In this document: piece by piece, positions 47,126-54,546 of the stretch | How positions within the stretch are numbered: position 1 is the stretch's first letter | Layout: each line of letters begins with the position of its first letter | Virus record (IMG/VR): IMGVR_UViG_3300045988_117831 | DNA from: a virus | DNA: 64,000 bases | Direction: 5' to 3' (one strand) | Made by a program: the position numbers and the translations under genes | The notes under the pieces: generated by a model | Database searches by the model: none | Seen by the model: the letters and a program-made list of their open reading frames with translations, nothing else | Told to the model about the DNA's origin: nothing

Positions 47126-47347
47126 CATGGCAAAAGTTGTAAGAGTTGATGAGTTGAAACTGGCGACGAAATTCTGATTAAGCTCAGGGCGGATTCCGCA
47201 GCCAGGAACAAGGCAATTGTCCTTTCTGTCGAATGCTGGCGCGACGAAATCACCCTGGAGCTTACCTGCCCGGCCGGCGACTACTGGGAAGACTGGCGCA
47301 GTAAATATCGCGCATATGACAAAGTCGTTCTGTTGAAGCGCGACTAA
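47126..47347 (+). pseudogene. small gene apparently interrupted by a frameshift (ATG frame stops at 47176; open -1 frame continues to 47347)
   Basis: AGGAGA SD plus ATG at 47126, then MAKVVRVDELKLATKF-stop. The -1 frame reads ..ETGDEILIKLRADSAARNKAIVLSVECWRDEITLELTCPAGDYWEDWRSKYRAYDKVVLLKRD without a start codon of its own and ends at the terminator. Confidence 0.35.
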
Positions 47348-47356
47348 CAACAACAA

Positions 47357-47385
47357 GCCTCTGCCGAGTCGCAGAGGCTTTCTCA
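47357..47385 (+). terminator. intrinsic terminator
   Basis: GCCTCTGC-cgagtc-GCAGAGGC followed by TTTCTC. Confidence 0.65.
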
Positions 47386-47712
47386 TTGGAGGGCAGCTTA
47401 TGTCCGATAAAAGAACAAAGTGGCCATTACTGGGTGACGGTCAGTCCGACCGATCTGTCTAGCGCGTCGGCCGCGCAGCGACTCTGCGAAACGATCCGTC
47501 TGAACATGACGCGAGGCGTCGCATCCTACATCAAGTTCTACGGCTCGAAAGGCGAAGACCTGGTGACGCGAGTCATTCCGCACCAGTGCGAACTATTCGT
47601 CAATGACGAGTCGGGCACGAATCGGCGTCGAACGGCGATGATGATCGAATACGTCCGCTTCAAAGTTCCGGCCGGTATGTCTCTGGTCGAACACCAAAAG
47701 CAACCTTATTGA
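47386..47712 (+). CDS. hypothetical protein; start uncertain (ORF-track TTG at 47386 lies in the terminator)
   Basis: The open frame is coupled to the downstream gene (GAGGAG SD for 47723), but no good start codon or SD of its own was found. Confidence 0.3.
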   Translation: MEGSLCPIKEQSGHYWVTVSPTDLSSASAAQRLCETIRLNMTRGVASYIKFYGSKGEDLVTRVIPHQCELFVNDESGTNRRRTAMMIEYVRFKVPAGMSLVEHQKQPY

Positions 47713-47722
47713 GGAGCGAGCC

Positions 47723-48418
47723 ATGCTGTACATCTGGGAAGACCAAGATATCCACCACAACATCGAAACTCTGGCTTTCGTCGGCGAGTCCAGGTCCAAC
47801 TACACAATCATCGGATTCGAATTCGGTGATCTGTTCGCCATCGCCAAAGAGTCCACTGGTCAGATCGTGGTAAGCCCGCTGACTCGGCAAGGGATGGCGG
47901 AATGGCTCACCATGAACGGCCATATTCCTGCCGAGATCATCAGCCACGGACCCGGCAACCACAAAAACCCGTATGTCTGGGCGGACTCCATCGTCCTGAA
48001 CAATCTGCCGACCCATCCGAACATGCGCTGCGTTACCACTCCATTCACGGGCTTCGATCCAGCAGAACCGGGTGGCGACAAGACTGCCATAGGTCAAGTC
48101 ATCAAGGACAACCGATCCGCCGAAATGTTCGGCGACAATCCGTCGCAGCGGTCGCAGCGGTCCTTTGGCGGCATAGCGCCGAGTCTTCCTGATCTGCCCG
48201 ATCTTCCGGAGCCGCCCAGGGCGCCGATGGCTCCTCCAGGCCTGCCGGTTCCGCCCGCGCCTCATGCGCCAAAAGCGCCTCCAGCTCCGCAGGTAAGCAG
48301 GCAGTCGGAATCGCTGGCGCTTCGGTCGGGTGCGATCCCTTCCAGCCCGGCGCCCGCATCGGACAACGACAGGCCCGGCGATCCGCCCATCGAGCCTATC
48401 ACAGTCCCGACTTTCTGA
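47723..48418 (+). CDS. hypothetical protein with Pro-rich C-terminal region (231 aa)
   Basis: GAGGAG SD; ..LPDLPDLPEPPRAPMAPPGLPVPPAPHAPKAPPAPQ.. Confidence 0.55.
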   Translation: MLYIWEDQDIHHNIETLAFVGESRSNYTIIGFEFGDLFAIAKESTGQIVVSPLTRQGMAEWLTMNGHIPAEIISHGPGNHKNPYVWADSIVLNNLPTHPNMRCVTTPFTGFDPAEPGGDKTAIGQVIKDNRSAEMFGDNPSQRSQRSFGGIAPSLPDLPDLPEPPRAPMAPPGLPVPPAPHAPKAPPAPQVSRQSESLALRSGAIPSSPAPASDNDRPGDPPIEPITVPTF

Positions 48419-48516
48419 CATCACCCCAACGCCAACAAACACCGCAGCCTGCTCTGCGGTGTTTTCACATCAGACAACCGTTCGTCGGCTTTGTGATCAA
48501 TCTGATGAAATAGATG

Positions 48517-48545
48517 TAGACACGCAGCATCGACCTAGGCATAAT
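48517..48545 (+). promoter_or_regulatory. TAGACA-17-CATAAT promoter plus conserved leader (variant -35)
   Basis: The -10 and leader CATAATCTCTT..TTCCAAAACAGAGGA are conserved. Confidence 0.45.
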
Positions 48546-48607
48546 CTCTTTCAACGGGGCGACAAACTGAAGCCCAAACGAAATCTTCCAAAACAGAGGA
48601 TCGCAAA

Positions 48608-49225
48608 ATGACCAACTCCATCAAAACCTTCGGCGACATCCAGAACGCAGAAATGAAAGAACTGGTCGCCTTCTACAACGCTCACAACGCCGATGCGACT
48701 GTCAAGCGTTTCTCTGACCGCAAGACTGCTGAGCGTCGCTGCCTCGCCATCCTGAATGCTCTGCCGGCCGAGGAAGAAGCCTTTCAGGAAGAGGAAGCCC
48801 CGGCCAAAGTCTACAAAACCCGCACTTCCAAGAAGAAGAAGGAAGAAGAGAAGGCCGAGGAAGAGAATCTGAAGCCTGAAGAAGAGATCACCGAAGAGGA
48901 AGCGCTGGAAGAAATCCGGAAGATGCGCGAAGAGGCCAAGAACGCTCCGGAGAAAGCCAAAGAGTCCAAAGACCTGTCGGCAGCCATCGCCAACTCCTGG
49001 AAAGACCCGGAAGTTTCCAAGAAACGCACTCAGCGCCATGGCGTGGCTGTGACTGTCAAAGGCAAGCGCGGCGAGTTCCGGTCCACCAACGCAGCATTCA
49101 TCGAGTTCGGCCTGCCTTCTTCGAAACACATCCGCTTCCGCATGCAGCTGAAGGCGGCTGGCAAAATGACTTTCGAGCACGAAGGCGTCAAATACAACTT
49201 CGAAATCATCGAAGCTGGCGAATAA
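48608..49225 (+). CDS. hypothetical protein with central KE-rich acidic linker and conserved C-terminal domain (205 aa)
   Basis: AGAGGA SD; last + strand early gene. Confidence 0.55.
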   Translation: MTNSIKTFGDIQNAEMKELVAFYNAHNADATVKRFSDRKTAERRCLAILNALPAEEEAFQEEEAPAKVYKTRTSKKKKEEEKAEEENLKPEEEITEEEALEEIRKMREEAKNAPEKAKESKDLSAAIANSWKDPEVSKKRTQRHGVAVTVKGKRGEFRSTNAAFIEFGLPSSKHIRFRMQLKAAGKMTFEHEGVKYNFEIIEAGE

Positions 49226-49236
49226 GGCGCCCAAAA

Positions 49237-49271
49237 GAAAGCCCCGGATTCTGAACTAGAGTCCGGGGCTT
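49237..49271. terminator. bidirectional intrinsic terminator
   Basis: AAAGCCCCGGA..TCCGGGGCTTT has T-rich flanks on both strands. Confidence 0.65.
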
Positions 49272-49391
49272 TGTCGTTTCTGAGGGTTAGGCTACGACTT
49301 CCTAGAACCGCCCTAGAATCGTTTTCGTCCCTTCCCGCTACCGTCGCCTTAGTTCGGTCCGATTCGGGCCTAGAACGATGTTATTTTATGT

Positions 49392-49961
49392 CTAAATGGG
49401 GTTGGCGCGGTCTTCCTCGGTCGGTTCCGGAGACGGAGACGGGAAATCTCCCTCTTCACCTTCCGGCACATAGCCATTGGCTTCGGCCGCAGCAGCGACG
49501 GTCGCGGTCTGAGCCTCGGCTTCTGATGCGTAGAAATCGGCCAAACCGCGACCGATCCGGGTCTTGCCCGACTCGTCCACGAACGTGATTTCAGCCAGAA
49601 CGTTCAATTCCTTGATGGCCGACAGACGGCTGGAGTCCTTGACGGTGGGGTCACGAACCATTTGGAGGAGTTCGTGGAGCGCCGTCTTTGGATTCCACAA
49701 ATCGGACGTTTTGGTCGCGTTCAACTTGGCCTTGAACTGCTTGCGATAGTACGGGTTGGACTCCATCGCGAAGATGCGGGCCTGCGCGGGACCGTCCATA
49801 TGCTCCTCGCCCCAGATGGCCCGGAAGACCCGCCAGGAGCTGTAACCTTGGACGCGCAGGTCGATGTACAGGTCGAATCGCTTTTGGTTGATCGCCGCGA
49901 AATGCGGGTCTGCGAATTCCTGTGGCGTGACTAGATCGTCGGGGCTGTAGAATTTGGTCAT
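49392..49961 (-). CDS. possible terminase small subunit-like DNA-binding protein (start uncertain)
   Basis: ..KRFDLYIDLRVQGYSSWRVFRAIWG.. then ..SRLSAIKELNVLAEI.. resembles the HTH and oligomerisation pattern of P27-type small terminases. Alternative starts: GTG at 50042 (no SD) or ATG at 49961 (weak SD). Confidence 0.35.
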   Translation of the reverse strand: MTKFYSPDDLVTPQEFADPHFAAINQKRFDLYIDLRVQGYSSWRVFRAIWGEEHMDGPAQARIFAMESNPYYRKQFKAKLNATKTSDLWNPKTALHELLQMVRDPTVKDSSRLSAIKELNVLAEITFVDESGKTRIGRGLADFYASEAEAQTATVAAAAEANGYVPEGEEGDFPSPSPEPTEEDRANPI

Positions 49962-50384
49962 TTGGTGCTGCGTCCCTGAGTTCGATTCTGGAGTCGTCGT
50001 GGTGGCTTGGTTGGCGGATGGCCCTGGTGCTCTGCGCGACACTGAGTATGGCGCGATTGTACTATGGGGCCAGGGATCGCGTCTATGGGCTGCTTGTGGG
50101 TGGCCTGTAGGTCTGGGTGGGTTTGATGGTGAATGAGTGTTAGGTGGTGTTATAGGATGTTATATGGGCGGTCTGCTGGTGGGTGAGGGTCGAGTCGGCG
50201 GTTGGTGGGTGAGGATGGCGGTGAGGGTTTGGATTGAGTGTTAAATCGAATGTTAGAAATATGTCCAGCTGAGCGATTCTGTCGCGCTCCCAAATTTCCG
50301 GTTCCGTTCGTCGAGTTTTGGCACTTGCCGCTTAGTCCGCCGTGGTGTTGCCGCGACCCATGGATTGGAAGTCCGGAAGTTTCC

Positions 50385-50690
50385 GGCGACCCTGCCGCGA
50401 ACTGGCTGGAATCGGAAACTTGACGGGATGTGTACAAGCTTAGTGCCGCGAGGCTTTCAAATACTAAAGTATACCAAATTACCAAATTACTATTAATTTA
50501 ATTAATTTTAAAGATAGGTAACGTCCGTGATAGATTTTTTCTATTAGGATTGTGCAATCGATTTTCGCTGTAGTATACTTTTGCGGCTGCATCCGAAACC
50601 GGAAATTATCCGTTAAAGCCCTTCAAACCCACGCGGCACTAAGGCTAGGCCCTAATTACCGGTTTCGTAAATTACCGGTAAGCTCGACGC
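50385..50690. repeat. non-coding repeat element R2, homologous to R1 (30870-31210)
   Basis: Core 50411-50490 is 85% identical to 30899-30978. An imperfect inverted copy at 50615-50644 matches 50438-50456. Shared AT-rich core with TATACTTTTG (50574-50583) and AATTACC motifs. Confidence 0.8.
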
Positions 50691-50874
50691 GGCCGACCCC
50701 AAAAATCCAGTCAGAATCGGCGATTTTCCACAATTCATCCAATCACCACACAAAATCCTCGATCCACCGTCCACGAACTTTCCATAACGCAACATCACCA
50801 CCCCATCCTAATTACCGGATAGCTTCCGAATCTCACTCGTCCACCACCGAAATTAATGTACGCCGCACCAAAGA

Positions 50875-50903
50875 AAAAGACCGCCCGAAGGCGGCCTAGT
50901 CCA
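50875..50903 (-). terminator. intrinsic terminator for the primase-helicase operon
   Basis: On - strand: GGCCGCC-ttcg-GGCGGTC followed by TTTTTCTTT. Confidence 0.7.
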
Positions 50904-50922
50904 AGTACACTCCGCCACTACA

Positions 50923-52662
50923 TCAGAAATCCTCGCCCAAAATCTTGGCTCGCTCGGCCCGGACTGCCCGAATTTTTGCCATGGCAGCCTCATCAGTGAT
51001 GTCCGGGTCGCCCTTTCTCAGCAAGTACACAAGCGCATCATTGAACGGCGGCAACGTCGTGTGCATGCCATTCGTCCATCCAGGTGCAACCTTATCGACA
51101 GGTAAGCACCAACCAGCAAGGCCGTTCTTATTCGGGATGAATCCCAGCGCCTTCAGGTGCGGAGTAAGGTGACGAGAAATCGGCTTCTTCCTGGCGAGAA
51201 TATCGAACCATTTCAGAATGGAAACGGTGTCAGCCCTCCATCCAGGATTCTTGGCATTCCTGCCAGGCTTGATCTCTTCGAACTCGCAACTGATCAGAAC
51301 ATTGATCAGATACATGTCAATCGTATCGTCACGAACCACGCCACGCGCATTCTCCATTTCCGAAATAGAGAATTTCTGGACTTCGCGGTTCGCTTCCGAC
51401 ACCATATCCAGGTATCCATCGACACCATGCTCTTCGATCCATGCGCGGCATTCAGCCATCGCTTGCCAGAATTTGCGGCCGAAGTCGGTGAAGTCCACCT
51501 TGAACGGTTCATTACCATCGCCCGGCTTAACCCAGTTCGGCTTTCCATCTTCGTCGGGAAGTTGTGCCACGAACATCGGATAGAATCGACGGTTGCCGGA
51601 GTCGTCCCGCTGGAGTCCATCGTATCCGTTGCCGTCCATGATGGTGATCCATTGTCGCTTGATCGTTTCGCCAGGCTCAAACTTCTGGTCGAATGTATCC
51701 GAAGATCGCACCAAGAACTCCTTGATGCGTTCCATATCGCCCTTTTTGAAGCCGGACATTTCCCCGACGTTCGCAATGACCGAGTTGCCGGTGATATTGC
51801 GCAGGAATGGCGTCTGGTCGTGTCGGCTCAGATCGAGCTGGACTGGAGCCAGATCGCGACCGCCAGACAGTTCTTTGCAGATCAACAAGCCGAAATATGA
51901 TTTCCCCGCATCCTGCCCACCAATCAACGCCAGCGAGATCGGCGCCGAGATTCCAGGATAGTTGATGCGGCAGTACAGGCTCAGCCAGAAATACCTGCTT
52001 ACCATCCGGTTCAATTCGGTGTCGAACGGCTTGAAAAGATCGATCAGCAACGTGCTAATTCGCTCTTCGCCGTCCCAATCCGGTATCTTCTTCTCAAACG
52101 TTTCGATCAAAGAGTTGCGGCGATATCGACGCGCCCACACGCAGCAAGTCTCAATCGTCTTCTTAATCGAGGGATCGTCCAAGGCCGCAGCCGCGAGGGC
52201 GTCCATCAGGTCAATCGGATCGAGGGTCTTGTTGTTGAACGCCACGCCGCGATGGTCCACCAGCCGGCCGCGAAACTCGTCGAAGTGCGGGTGTGGGACG
52301 GTTCCGTCGCCCTTACAGAACAACGTATCATAGACCGCGAGGTAGTTGCTGTCTGAAGTCGAGCTGTACTTGGTGATAAAGTCATCGAACGGTCCTTTCA
52401 CCAGCCGGCTGACCGGAAGATCAAAGGCCTGGTCGAGCATCAACAACCGCGCTCGCTTCCTCAAGTCTGGTTCAGCATACGCCTCGGCGTATCTTGCCGC
52501 CTTTTGCGCGCGATGCGTTTCGTTCCTCGCAATCGCATCATCGGCCGCCTTGCTCGCGGCGGTCATCAAAGGGTCCATTCCAGCATCTTCTATCTGCGTG
52601 AGATCAAACTCACTGGACCCTGATTCGCCATCATCAAAAATATTATCTTCGTCGATAATCAT
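50923..52662 (-). CDS. VirE / P4-type primase C-terminal domain (D5-like) P-loop helicase
   Basis: Walker A LIGGQDAGKS and the signature ..DDSGNRRFYPMFV. 579 aa. Confidence 0.8.
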   Translation of the reverse strand: MIIDEDNIFDDGESGSSEFDLTQIEDAGMDPLMTAASKAADDAIARNETHRAQKAARYAEAYAEPDLRKRARLLMLDQAFDLPVSRLVKGPFDDFITKYSSTSDSNYLAVYDTLFCKGDGTVPHPHFDEFRGRLVDHRGVAFNNKTLDPIDLMDALAAAALDDPSIKKTIETCCVWARRYRRNSLIETFEKKIPDWDGEERISTLLIDLFKPFDTELNRMVSRYFWLSLYCRINYPGISAPISLALIGGQDAGKSYFGLLICKELSGGRDLAPVQLDLSRHDQTPFLRNITGNSVIANVGEMSGFKKGDMERIKEFLVRSSDTFDQKFEPGETIKRQWITIMDGNGYDGLQRDDSGNRRFYPMFVAQLPDEDGKPNWVKPGDGNEPFKVDFTDFGRKFWQAMAECRAWIEEHGVDGYLDMVSEANREVQKFSISEMENARGVVRDDTIDMYLINVLISCEFEEIKPGRNAKNPGWRADTVSILKWFDILARKKPISRHLTPHLKALGFIPNKNGLAGWCLPVDKVAPGWTNGMHTTLPPFNDALVYLLRKGDPDITDEAAMAKIRAVRAERAKILGEDF

Positions 52663-52809
52663 GTTAGGTTTGCCGCCTTCTGCTTTACATGATCGGATTC
52701 AACATTGCCTCTACACATTGAGGCGAAAGGGACGGCTATTATCTCCTACCTAAACCGGCATAGCTAATAAGTTCCGTCCCCATCCGAAAATTTCTGTACC
52801 GTTCGTCGA

Positions 52810-52995
52810 TTAAAATACGTCAAACGCAACGACGAACCAGAACGTCAAAGCAGAAAGGCCGAAGAAGAAGCACAGAAGCGACGCGAGGAAGTTTGCGACT
52901 TGTATTTTCCATCCCTTTAGGCCTTCGAAGAAGATGATAAGGCCGAGGAACAGCAAGCCGATGGCGGTAATCAGGATTCCAGGATCGTTTTGCAT
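52810..52995 (-). CDS. small 2-TM membrane protein (61 aa)
   Basis: Two hydrophobic helices ILITAIGLLFLGLIIFF and LLCFFFGLSALTFWFVVAF. Confidence 0.5.
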   Translation of the reverse strand: MQNDPGILITAIGLLFLGLIIFFEGLKGWKIQVANFLASLLCFFFGLSALTFWFVVAFDVF

Positions 52996-53000
52996 AGTTA

Positions 53001-54077
53001 CTACTCCTCGCCGATGTGACGGCGGTTAATGCGTTCCAATTGTTCTACGATATAGGGCAGGACGACTTCATCGGTGAAGGCCGCCCATGTCCGTCGATGC
53101 TCTTTGCGGCAAGTATCGTGCCCGCATCCGAACACATATTCGTGCTCGGCGCCAGGTATCGGTCCGCGAAAGTATGCGCCGAAAGGATCGCCGTTGGTGT
53201 GCTCGTCGCCCCAGGGACAGCGGATGCGGTATTTGCCGGACATATTCTGCTGGACCTGGCCGCCTGCCGCTTCTCCCATCTTGTATTTCGTGCAGATGTG
53301 CTCGGCATACTTCAGCCATACTTGGTCATACACCCAATCGTCGCGGTTTATCTCCACCTTCTTCATCTGTGGCATAATGATGCGGACGCCGAAGGCCTGC
53401 GCGATTTCCTCTGGCGAGTAGCGCTTGGAATAGTCGGCGCTGTACAGGCGCACGAGTTCGGGTTTGCCGTTTTCGTCGGCATATTTGAACTTGCCGTCTT
53501 TCCCGCGCTTGTTGTTGAAGCCGAATGGCATCCGGCCGTAACGGCTGACGTCCTTGACGGTGTTGTCGCCGCCTTTCTTTAGCACCTGGTCCACGAACGA
53601 ATAGAGCAGCGCCTTGAACTGGAGCATGTGGGACATCGGCTCTTTGAAGAAATACCAGAACTGGTAGTTGTTCGGCGAAGTCTCTACAATCGCGGTCGGC
53701 TCTAGTCGCTCGCGGAACTCGTCGCGGTCGAAGTCGCCCTTGGACCCTTTGCCTGAGCCGATGTCATCGACCATCAACGCCAGGCCGTGGCCGAAAGAGG
53801 CTTCGCCGCGCCAGTATCGCATCTGGCCGGTCTTCGGGTTGGGCGTCTTGATGGATGACGAGATGCAAGCGTAGGCGTTGGATCGGGAGTTTATGTATTT
53901 CCCTTCCTTCCAGGGCACAGGCCACCAGCCGGCGTTGAGCTTGCGGCCGTTCTCGTCGGTTTGGACTGTGGCCTCTTCAGCGTAGCCGACCATTACCCGT
54001 TCGTCGTCCGGAATCCCTCGGCCGAGTTCGCGCAGGAACTCTTCGGCCTGGGCCAGTCTTATTTCGTGAGGCTTCAT
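53001..54077 (-). CDS. archaeo-eukaryotic-primase-type primase-polymerase (PrimPol) with C-terminal Cys/His zinc module
   Basis: AEP motifs LALMVDDIG (DxD), ETSPNNYQFWYFF (motif II-like), RYGRMPFGFNNKRG. C-terminal CPWGDEH..CGHDTC. Confidence 0.7.
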   Translation of the reverse strand: MKPHEIRLAQAEEFLRELGRGIPDDERVMVGYAEEATVQTDENGRKLNAGWWPVPWKEGKYINSRSNAYACISSSIKTPNPKTGQMRYWRGEASFGHGLALMVDDIGSGKGSKGDFDRDEFRERLEPTAIVETSPNNYQFWYFFKEPMSHMLQFKALLYSFVDQVLKKGGDNTVKDVSRYGRMPFGFNNKRGKDGKFKYADENGKPELVRLYSADYSKRYSPEEIAQAFGVRIIMPQMKKVEINRDDWVYDQVWLKYAEHICTKYKMGEAAGGQVQQNMSGKYRIRCPWGDEHTNGDPFGAYFRGPIPGAEHEYVFGCGHDTCRKEHRRTWAAFTDEVVLPYIVEQLERINRRHIGEE

Positions 54078-54523
54078 GCAAGTCGCTCCGGGCGCCCCTT
54101 GCGTCGTGGCACTCCCACAAACTGTCGCGCAGCGCTCGCCTTTCTGGCGGAGTTTAGGCCATCTTCATGGATTCGGCTCCATGCTTCCATGATCTTGTGC
54201 TGCCGCGCCTTTTCGAGCGCCGGGGGAATCTTCGCATCATCGATGCCGCGCACCCACATGAACATCAGGAACGTCGCCAGGTCCAAGAGGTTGTTCTCAT
54301 TTCCCTTCAGCGCATGTTCGGCGAATCCGTTGATCAGAATATCTTCGTCGCAGTCGATCCAGCCGCCTCGGCCTTTATCGCGGGAGCGCTGCATTTTCTG
54401 GCGGATCGCCGTTGCGAACATGGACACGGCATACTCGTCCTGGGCTTCGGGCTGTGCTTTCCGGAGAACGTCGAGGCTGGTCATGATGACTCCATCTACT
54501 GGTGAAGGTTTCTTCTGTTCCAT
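54074..54523 (-). CDS. hypothetical protein (149 aa)
   Basis: ATGA overlap with the PrimPol start. Confidence 0.5.
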   Translation of the reverse strand: MEQKKPSPVDGVIMTSLDVLRKAQPEAQDEYAVSMFATAIRQKMQRSRDKGRGGWIDCDEDILINGFAEHALKGNENNLLDLATFLMFMWVRGIDDAKIPPALEKARQHKIMEAWSRIHEDGLNSARKASAARQFVGVPRRKGRPERLA

Positions 54524-54546
54524 TACATGAATTCCTTACTTGGCAC

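Noticed and set aside
50050-50270. Runs of GGG/GGTGGGTGAGGG suggested G-quadruplex-forming DNA.
   Set aside because: Most tracts are GG or irregularly spaced GGG. The more robust observation is the strand-symmetric base skew, so a G4 call would be speculative.
50150-50485. 111-aa - strand ORF and 60-aa + strand ORF (49954-50136) inside the large non-coding region.
   Set aside because: Their composition is driven by the GT/CA-skewed DNA. There is no SD. They overlap the repeat element and the promoter-like motifs, so they are most likely spurious.
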